From an uncultured Actinomycetes bacterium (GTDB lineage: Bacteria > Actinomycetota > Acidimicrobiia > IMCC26256 > DASPTH01), in NCBI GenBank assembly GCA_963725775.1, contig CAVRZT010000002.1, positions 89,640 to 153,639 on the forward strand: DNA of 64,000 nt, in the 5' to 3' direction. Below are positions 57,238 to 64,000 of this stretch, piece by piece. Positions within the stretch are counted from its first letter, which is position 1. Every line of letters starts with the position of its first letter. The notes under the pieces are model-generated. The model was not told where the DNA came from. It searched no databases and saw only the letters and a program-made list of their open reading frames with translations. The position numbers and the translations under genes are program-made.

Positions 57238-58503
57238 ATGAGCGCCGACGACGACGCCGGCATCCGACCGGAGCTCGAAGCCTGGTTGCAGCGCAACTGG
57301 GATCCCGACCTCCTCGTGTCCGAGTGGTGGGAGCGCGTGGGTGACGCGGGATGGACCGCACCCCACTTCCCGCTGGAGTGGGGTGGGCGCGGGTACTCCC
57401 GCCGTTCGCAGTCGACCGTCTACCGCGCGTTCCGCGCGTTCGGCGCGCTCCCGCCGCCGAGCGGTCTCGGCATGATGATGGCGGCGCCCACCATCCTCAC
57501 CCACGGCACGCCCGAGCAGATCGAACGCCACGTCACGCCGATCTACCGCGGCACGCGCGCGTGGTGTCAGCTATTCAGCGAGCCGGGATCGGGTTCCGAC
57601 CTCGCCGGGCTCACCACGCGGGCGACCCGCGACGGCGACCACTGGGTGATCTCCGGTCAGAAGGTGTGGAGCTCGCAGGCCATGGAGGCCGACTACGGCA
57701 TGCTCATGGCGCGCACCGACTTCGACGTGCCGAAGCACGCGGGCATCTCGTGGTTCGCGCTGCGGCTCGACCAGCCCGGCGTCACCGTCCGCCCGTTGCG
57801 GGAGATGACCGGTCGCGCGTTGTTCAACGAGGTGTTCTTCGACGACGCGATCGTCGATGACGCCGACCTGATCGGCGGCGTGAGCAACGGATGGGCCGTG
57901 GCCAACACGACGCTGCTGTTCGAGCGCACCGGCATCGGCGCTGGTGGCGGCGGCGGTGGATTCCCGCCCCCGGGAAGCAAGGGTGGCTTTCTCGAGATGC
58001 GCGCTGGTGACGCGACGAGCGTGCCGCCGCCCGAGGGCAACCGCGGCCTCGTCGTGTCCGAGCTGCTCGAGCTCGCGCGCCGGCGGGGTCGGAGCGACGA
58101 TCCGCACCTCCGCCAGCAGCTGGCGCAGGTGTACACGCTCACCCGGATCGGCGAGTGGTCGGCACTGCGCATGAAGGCCGAGGCGGCGGGCGGCCGCGAC
58201 ATCACCGGCGTGCCCAACGTAGCGAAGAACCAGCAGACCATCATGATGAAGCTGGCCGCGGGTACGGCCCTCGACCTGCTCGGCGCCGAGGGTCTGCTCT
58301 GGGGTGACGACGCCCCCGAGGCGGGTCGCTACGCCGAGCTGTTCAACTTCGTGCGCTGCATGTCGATCGCGGGCGGCAGTGACGAGATCAACAAGAACGT
58401 GATCGGCGAGCGGGCGCTGGGCCTGCCGCGGGAGCCGAACCCCGACAAGGGGTTGCCCTTCCGCGAGGTGCTGGCCCGCACGAAGTCGGCCACGGGTTCC
58501 TGA
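57238..58503 (+). CDS. acyl-CoA dehydrogenase family protein
   Basis: 421 aa from ATG 57238. Motifs are WCQLFSEPGSGSDLAGL, GQKVWSS and GGSDEINKNVIGERALGLP. Confidence 0.88.
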   Translation: MSADDDAGIRPELEAWLQRNWDPDLLVSEWWERVGDAGWTAPHFPLEWGGRGYSRRSQSTVYRAFRAFGALPPPSGLGMMMAAPTILTHGTPEQIERHVTPIYRGTRAWCQLFSEPGSGSDLAGLTTRATRDGDHWVISGQKVWSSQAMEADYGMLMARTDFDVPKHAGISWFALRLDQPGVTVRPLREMTGRALFNEVFFDDAIVDDADLIGGVSNGWAVANTTLLFERTGIGAGGGGGGFPPPGSKGGFLEMRAGDATSVPPPEGNRGLVVSELLELARRRGRSDDPHLRQQLAQVYTLTRIGEWSALRMKAEAAGGRDITGVPNVAKNQQTIMMKLAAGTALDLLGAEGLLWGDDAPEAGRYAELFNFVRCMSIAGGSDEINKNVIGERALGLPREPNPDKGLPFREVLARTKSATGS

Positions 58504-58580
58504 GCCGCCGGTGGGACGACGGGGGCTGCGGTGGTAGAACGGATCGCAGGATCGCAGACTCGAAACGGGGGAGCAGGCAC

Positions 58581-59750
58581 ATGGGCCGCAAGTACCAGGT
58601 CATCTCGGGCGACGGTCACCTCGAGACCCCGCCCGACTTCGTCGCCTTCCTGCCCGAGAAGTACCAGGACCGCGCACCCAAGCTGATCAGCCTCCCCGAC
58701 GGCGGTGGCGACGCCTGGCTCATGGAGGGCATGCCCCTCACGTACGCGAGCCAGAATCTGAGGGGTAGGGGCAAGGTGAGGTTCGCGGGGCAGAGCTACT
58801 TCAAGGACGACGGCTCGCGCACCGACGGCGCCGGTGACGGCCTGCAGCGGCTCCAGGAGCAGGACGAAGACGGCCTCGACGCCGAGCTGCTCTTCGTGCC
58901 CGTGTTCGCGAGCCGCTTCCTCGAGAAGATCCCCGATCACGACGCGTACCTCGCGATGGTGCAGGCCTACAACGACTGGCTGGCCAGCTACTGCTCGATC
59001 GCCCCCGACCGGCTCATCGGCAACGCGCTGATGCCGATCTCCGGCATCGACGACGCGATCGCCGAGCTCGAGCGGGTGCACGCGATGGGGTTCAGGTCGG
59101 TGCAGCTGCTCAACTCGCCCAACGGCGGCAACGGCCCGAAGCCCGAGGACGACCGCTTCTGGGAGAAGGCGCTCGAGTTGGAGATCGCGCTCTCGCCGCA
59201 CATGTCGTTCGCCGGCGTCATGAACATCGGTGGTCCGCGGCACGACACGTCGCAGTGGCCGGTCGAGGCGGGCATGACCCAGCACGCGGGTGGTGGACCG
59301 GCCAACACGATGGCGCAGCTGATCGTCGACGGCACGTTCGAGCGGTTCCCGGAGCTGAAGTTCTACTTCGCCGAGATCAACGCCGCGATCTTCCCGGCCG
59401 CGATCTACTACATGGACCGCGACTACCTCGAGTACAACAGCTGGTTCCAGCTCGAGCTCCCGAAGATGCCGTCGCAGTACATGAAGGACCACGCGCTGTA
59501 CGGCATGGTGCGCGAGCCGCTGGCGGTGCGAATCGGCCAGCAGCTACCGAACGACATGCCGTTGGAGCTGTTCTGGTGGGGGAGCGACTTCCCGCACTCG
59601 GTCGGCACGTTCCCGCACTCGCGCAAGTACATCGAGGAGACGTTCGCCGACCTCACCCCCGAGCTGCGCCACACACTGCTGGTCGGGAACGCGGCAGCGC
59701 ACCTCCACCTCGATCTCGACGCCGACATCACCGAGACGCCCGCCGCGTAG
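58581..59750 (+). CDS. amidohydrolase family protein (amidohydrolase-2 type)
   Basis: 389 aa (MGRKYQVISGDGHLETPPD..WWGSDFPHSVG..). GGGGGAG lies upstream. Confidence 0.85.
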   Translation: MGRKYQVISGDGHLETPPDFVAFLPEKYQDRAPKLISLPDGGGDAWLMEGMPLTYASQNLRGRGKVRFAGQSYFKDDGSRTDGAGDGLQRLQEQDEDGLDAELLFVPVFASRFLEKIPDHDAYLAMVQAYNDWLASYCSIAPDRLIGNALMPISGIDDAIAELERVHAMGFRSVQLLNSPNGGNGPKPEDDRFWEKALELEIALSPHMSFAGVMNIGGPRHDTSQWPVEAGMTQHAGGGPANTMAQLIVDGTFERFPELKFYFAEINAAIFPAAIYYMDRDYLEYNSWFQLELPKMPSQYMKDHALYGMVREPLAVRIGQQLPNDMPLELFWWGSDFPHSVGTFPHSRKYIEETFADLTPELRHTLLVGNAAAHLHLDLDADITETPAA

Positions 59751-59753
59751 CGG

Positions 59754-60448
59754 TCAGGCGCTCGGCCCGAAGCGCTCCACCCGGACGTGCGACGGATCGA
59801 CGCCGAGCCCGGTCACGAGATCGCCGACGGTGTCGGCGAACGGCGCGGATCCACACACGTAGGCGGTCGCGTCGGCGCGCAGGTGGGCGGCGAGGTCGTC
59901 GGCGGTGATGTGCCCGGCGGTACGGCCTGACTCCGGGTCGGGCTCACGGGTGGTGACGACGGTCGTTTCGGGGCCGCGCAGCTCGTCGGCGTAGTACAGG
60001 TCGGCCTGCGACCGCACCGAGACCACCAGGTGGACGAGGTCGGTGGCGTCCGTCGCGCGGCGAGTCGCAGCATCGCCATCAGTGGCACGACCCCGGACCC
60101 GCCGCCGATGAGCAGCGCCGGCGTGGTCGCGTCCCACACGAAGTACCCGCCGATCGGCCCGCGCACCTCCAGCTCGTCGCCGACTTCGACGACGTCGTGC
60201 AGGAACGTCGACACCTCGCCGTCGTCGAGCCGTTCGACGGTGAGCTCGAACTCCGACGAGCCGTCGGGCGCCGAGGCCACCGAGTACGAACGCGACGCGG
60301 TGTAGCCGTCGGGCGCGGTGAGGCGCACGACGTAGTGCTGGCCCGCCCGATGACCGGTCGGCGCGTCGACGCGCAGTCGGAACGTCTTGGCGTTCGGAGT
60401 CTCGTCGCGGATGGCGAGCACCGTCGCCGTCTGCCACGCGACGGCCAC
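59754..60448 (-). pseudogene. FNR-family FAD/NAD(P)-binding oxidoreductase (ferredoxin-reductase-type), one frame switch
   Basis: GTG 60448 lies 2 nt after the Moco gene stop. Motifs are RSYSVAS (RxYS) and LLIGGGSGVVPLMAM. The switch near 60057 reads ..MLRLAA|ATDATDLVHLVVSVRSQADLYYADEL... Confidence 0.78.
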
Positions 60449-60450
60449 GG

Positions 60451-61062
60451 TCAGTCGCCCTGGTAGCGCTGCTCGAGCCACGGGTCGCCGCGGTCGTGGT
60501 AGCCGTTGCGCTCCCAGAACCCGGGCTCGTCGTGATCGAGGACCCGCAGGCCGCTCACCCACTTGGCGCTCTTCCAGAAGTAGAGGTGGGGCACGAGCAA
60601 GCGGGCGGGCCCACCGTGATCGCGCGACAGCGGCATGCCGTCGGCGGTGAACGCCACCCAGGCCTTGCCGTCGGTGACGTCGGCGAGGGGGAGGTTCGTC
60701 GTGTAGCCGGTCGACGAGAACGCGAGCACGTGGGTCGCGTCGGCGAGCGGACGCGCCGCCGCGAGCAGCGTGTCGACCGACACCCCCTCGAACTCCATCC
60801 CGAGCTTCGACCAGGTCGTGACGCAGTGGATGTCGCCCGCGTACGTCGACGGCGGGAGCGCGTGGATCTCGTCCCAGGTCCACGTGGTGGGCTGCTCGAC
60901 GTGCCCCTCGACGGTGAACGTCCAGTCGGCCGGATCGATCGTAGGCGTGACCTCGGCCGAGAGCACCGGCCACTGCCGTCCGGTGTCGTACTGGCCGGGT
61001 GGGAGGCGCGGGTCAAGTGCGGCCTTGCCCCGTCCGGTGAACCCGCGGGTGAACTTCGCCAT
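60451..61062 (-). CDS. sulfite-oxidase-family molybdopterin-dependent oxidoreductase (small, about 203 aa)
   Basis: ATG 61062 (MAKFTRGFTGRG..). The Mo-ligand Cys context is GDIHCVTTWSK. Other motifs are ..GGPARLLVPHLYFWKSAKWV... Confidence 0.82.
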   Translation of the reverse strand: MAKFTRGFTGRGKAALDPRLPPGQYDTGRQWPVLSAEVTPTIDPADWTFTVEGHVEQPTTWTWDEIHALPPSTYAGDIHCVTTWSKLGMEFEGVSVDTLLAAARPLADATHVLAFSSTGYTTNLPLADVTDGKAWVAFTADGMPLSRDHGGPARLLVPHLYFWKSAKWVSGLRVLDHDEPGFWERNGYHDRGDPWLEQRYQGD

Positions 61063-61809
61063 GCCGACGCCCCCGTCGAGGTCCGCGGTCGCGGGGGCCC
61101 GGCCGCGGTGTGCTCGGTGCCCGGCGGGTCGACGGCCCACTCGGGCGCCTGCTCCCACGCCTCGCCGTACACGAGCTCGGCGAGGGGGCGCCGGCGCACC
61201 GGACCATGGTGCCCGACCGGCCGCCCGATGGTGATGGTGGCGGCGAGGAACACCTCCTCGGGCACGCCGAGCAACTCCTTGAGCTCCGCTTCGACCGCGA
61301 AGTGCCACCCGGTCAGCACCCCGCCGTAGCCGAGGGCCCGGGCGGCGAGCAGCAGGTTCTGGCACGCGGGGAAGATCGACGCACCCTCGAACGGGGCCGG
61401 CTCGCGGTAGCGCACCAGCGCGGGGAGCACGAGCACGGGCACGCTCGCGAAGTCGTCGACGTACTGCTGCATCGTGCGGGCCATGCGCGCCTTCGGGGAC
61501 TCGTCGCGCGCGCCCGATCCTTCGTCGTACCCGTCGGCGACGCGCTTGCCGCCCCACGCGCGCTGCGCGCCCTCGGCGATCAGGGCCTTGGCTGCGCGCG
61601 CGTGGGGGCCGTCGGTGAGCACGAGGAACCGGTACGGCTGACGGTTCGAGCCGCTCGGCGCGCGGCGACGCGGCGAACAGCATCGCCCGGAGCGCGTCGG
61701 GGGGAACCGGTTCGTCGGCGTAGCGCCGGATCGCCCGCGTGTTCGTGAGGCCTTCGAGCAGCCCCACGATGTCGGCGGGCAGCGGAGTCGTCGCGAGATC
61801 GTCGGGCAT
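61063..61809 (-). pseudogene. nitroreductase family protein, one frame switch, 3' end unresolved
   Basis: ATG 61809 is preceded by GGGAGG. MPDDLATTPLPADIVGLLEGLTNTRAIRRYADEPVPPDALRAMLFAAS|RAPSGSNRQPYRFLVLTDGPHARAAKAL.. shows a switch near 61665. After ..EWAVDPPGTEHTAAGP no stop occurs in this frame before the Moco gene start. Confidence 0.72.
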
Positions 61810-62580
61810 CAGTCCTCCCATCGGGGATCGCGGCGTTCGATGAACGCGCGGGGTCCTTCGTCGGCGTCGGGGTGCGCCCAGTGGCGTTGCACCCAGTCCC
61901 AGCCGTCGGCCATCCCGTCGCCCACCACGGCTTCCTCGAACCGCCGGTACACCGCCCGCGAGCGCCGCACCGCTTCGGGCGACGCCTCGGCGATCCAGCC
62001 GGCGAGCTCGTGTGCGCGCGGGAGGAGCTCGTCGGCGGGGAGCACCTCGGTGACCAGTCCCAGGGCGAGCGCCTGATGGGCGTCCCACCGTTCGTGGCGG
62101 CCGAGCAGCACCAGCCGGGCCAGCATCGACACCGGCACGCGCAACCCGAGCGACGGTGCTTCGATGCCGCTCACCTGGCCGACGCCGACGTGCGGGTCGG
62201 TGAACCACGCAGCCTCGCTGGCGATCACGATGTCGGCGTCGGCGACGTAGTGCAGACCGCCGCCGGCGCACACGCCGTTGACCGCCACGACCACGGGCAC
62301 GTCGAGGCGACGTCCCGGGAGGAACGCGAGTTCGTCGTCGATGTCGTCGCCCAGCGGGCTGCGCTCGCCGTCGAGGCCGTCCATGTCGGCGCCGGCGCAG
62401 AATCCCTTGCCCGCGCCGGTGAGGATCGACGCAGCGGACCGAGCGGTCGTCGTGCGTGCGGGTCCAGAGCTCCGCCAGCTCGCGGCGCATCGGGTCGTTG
62501 AACGCGTTGCGCTGTTCCGGCCGGTTCAGCGTCACCGTGAGCACGTGCTCGGTGCGGTCGACGAGGAAGGTCTCGGGCAT
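61809..62580 (-). pseudogene. enoyl-CoA hydratase/isomerase (crotonase) family protein, one frame switch
   Basis: MPETFLVDRTEHVLTVTLNRPEQRNAF..DDRSVR|AASILTGAGKGFCAGADMDGL.. shows a switch near 62438. Its stop overlaps the nitroreductase start by 1 nt. Confidence 0.82.
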
Positions 62581-62676
62581 TCGACGGCACGCTACTTGTC
62601 GACGGGTCGATGCGGCCTCCCGCCGACGTGGGTAGTGTCCGACCGGGGAGCACGACGGCGAGGGGGGATCCGGTCG

Positions 62677-63723
62677 ATGGAGTCGATGGAGGCGAGCGTC
62701 TACGTCGGCGACGGCGTGCTGGAGGTGCACGACGTCCCGGTTCCCACGCCCGGAACCGGCGAGGTGCTGATCGAGATCGCGCAGTGCGGCATCTGCGGTA
62801 CCGACCTCCACTTCGTGCTCGAGCGCATCGCCCGGCCGGGCACCGTGCTCGGGCACGAGTGGGCGGGCACGATCGCATCCACGGGTGACGGACGTCGAAG
62901 GGTGGAGCGTCGGCCAGCGCGTGGTCTGCGGGCCCGAACCCGGGTGCGGCGAGTGTCGGGCCTGTCGCGGGGATCGGCCGTCGGTCTGCCTGCGTCGCCC
63001 GCCGATCGACCACCTCTCGTTCCGCGGGGCGTTCGCCCGCTACGTCGTCGCGCCGGCCGACCAGCTGGTCGCGGTGCCCGACGCACCTGCCGTCGCGCGC
63101 GGCTGCGCTCACCGAGCCGACTGCGGTCGCACTCCACGCGGTCACGCTCTCCGGCGTCACGCCCGACGACCGCGTGCTCGTGACCGGCGCCGGACCCGTC
63201 GGCCTCCTGGTCACCGCGGTGCTCCACGCTCAGGGCGTGCACGACGTCACCGTGTCGGAACCCGCACCGGCGCGCCGGGAGCGTGCGCGTCGCGGTCGGC
63301 GCGGCGCGTGCCGTCACCCCCGACTCGTTGCCGACGCCCACGATGGGTTCGCCCGTACCGGAGCCGTACACCGTGGTGTTCGAATGCTCGGGAAAGGCGT
63401 CGGCGGGTGAGGCCGCCATCGACCAGCTCGACTTCGCCGGCGTGTGCGTGCTCGTGGGCACCGGCCACGAGTTCCCCCGTCTCAACCACAACCGGGTGAT
63501 CGTGCTCGAGAACACGATCATCGGTTCCTACAACTACGACGCCGGCGGCTTCGCGCCCGCGCTCGAGCTCCTGGCGTCGGGACGGATGCCACTCGATGCG
63601 TTGATCGAGCCGGTCGACGTGTTCCTCGACGAACTGCTACCGGTCATGCGACGTTGCGCGGCCGGCGAATTGCCGGGCAAGGTGATGGTCCGGCCCCGAC
63701 GATCAGAAGGAGCCCAGTCATGA
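62677..63723 (+). pseudogene. zinc-dependent alcohol dehydrogenase (MDR), three frame switches
   Basis: MESMEASVYVGDGVLEVHDVPVP..CGICGTDLH..GHEWAGTIASTG|DVEGWSVGQRVVCGPEPGCGECRACR..LVAVPD|LPSRAAALTEPTAVALHAV..VLVTGAGPVGLL..RRERA|AVGAARAV..GKVMVRP. Switches lie near 62890, 63085 and 63289. Confidence 0.8.
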
Positions 63724-64000
63724 GTACCGAAGCGAGCTTCGTCCCACGGTTGAACCACGTCGCAATGACCATGTCGCCCGACGCGCTCGACGATCACGGA
63801 CGCGCCGAGATCAAGGACTTCTACGGCGACGTCTTCGGCTGGAGCGAAGGCGACAATTCCGGTGAGCAGGGCAACCCGCTCATCATGATGACCGGCGAGG
63901 TCATGCAGTTCGTCTACCTGCTGCCCGGCGACCCCGCGCTGGCGTGCCCGACGCTCGACCACTTCGGGCTCGAGGTGTCGTCGGTCGAGGAGATCGAGGC
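63720..64000 (+). CDS. VOC (glyoxalase) family protein, N-terminal part (runs off the window)
   Basis: ATG 63720 overlaps the ADH stop (ATGA). GAAGGAG lies upstream. The peptide is MSTEASFVPRLNHVAMTMSPDALDDHGRAEIKDFYGDVFGW..LDHFGLEV... Confidence 0.7.
   Translation, partial: MSTEASFVPRLNHVAMTMSPDALDDHGRAEIKDFYGDVFGWSEGDNSGEQGNPLIMMTGEVMQFVYLLPGDPALACPTLDHFGLEVSSVEEIE

Noticed and set aside
58542-58557. The tandem 8-mer GATCGCAG GATCGCAG upstream of the amidohydrolase at 58581.
   Set aside because: It has only two copies and no symmetry. It is probably chance. It is noted only as a possible regulator half-site pair.
5880-63723. Programmed ribosomal frameshifting as the explanation for the frame breaks.
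   Set aside because: The junctions lack slippery heptamers such as A AAA AAG or X XXY YYZ. They occur in unrelated enzyme families that are single-frame everywhere else, and up to ten occur in one gene.
1-64000. Mobile elements, prophage, CRISPR arrays, toxin-antitoxin or known defence systems.
   Set aside because: I found no transposase, integrase, recombinase or phage-like ORFs in any frame. There are no regularly spaced direct repeats and no terminal inverted repeats around the lower-GC patches. The only repeats seen are short palindromes and one 8-nt tandem.

Overview
This is a very GC-rich bacterial chromosomal segment (hand spot-counts about 70-73% G+C). It looks actinobacterial: many GTG starts, many 1-4-nt start/stop overlaps, candidate leaderless promoters and Arg/Ala-rich proteins. 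I resolve about 71 protein-coding loci. I found no rRNA, tRNA, CRISPR, transposase, integrase, phage or recognisable defence genes. The content is mostly accessory redox and lipid-type catabolism:
- 8 SDRs and 3 MDR/Zn-ADH oxidoreductases
- 2 acyl-CoA dehydrogenases, an acyl-CoA synthetase, an enoyl-CoA hydratase, an SCP-x-type thiolase with its DUF35 partner, thioesterase II and malonyl-CoA decarboxylase
- 2 cytochromes P450 and a Baeyer-Villiger monooxygenase (BVMO)
- 2 D-aminoacylase-type and 3 amidohydrolase-2-type hydrolases
- 2 sulfotransferases, a catalase and a GS-like ligase
- a molybdopterin (Moco) / FNR-like reductase / nitroreductase group
- a heterodimeric ABC exporter, 3 TetR regulators, an ECF sigma/anti-sigma pair, and partner-switching parts (PAS-PP2C phosphatase, STAS protein)

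The main structural observation is about 40 reading-frame breaks in 20 genes. They are strongly clustered: 10 fall in one P450, and none fall in two stretches of 7-10 kb. Many sit in GCGCGC-type runs. From sequence alone I cannot separate consensus or assembly indel error from real pseudogenisation, so affected genes are typed pseudogene with that caveat.

Other points worth a second look:
- a tightly coupled malonyl-CoA decarboxylase/SDR/BVMO/P450/amidohydrolase/MEST-like hydrolase operon, in which the BVMO has a His-to-Phe change in its fingerprint motif
- two sulfotransferase-MDR cassettes bracketing a redox/hydrolase island
- a Moco + FNR-like reductase + nitroreductase operon
- head-to-head 5'-truncated gene remnants that look like a deletion scar
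- an in-frame TGA in the thiolase partner gene
- several perfect palindromes and promoter-like sites

I did not find a clearly novel multi-gene system of the defence or mobile type.
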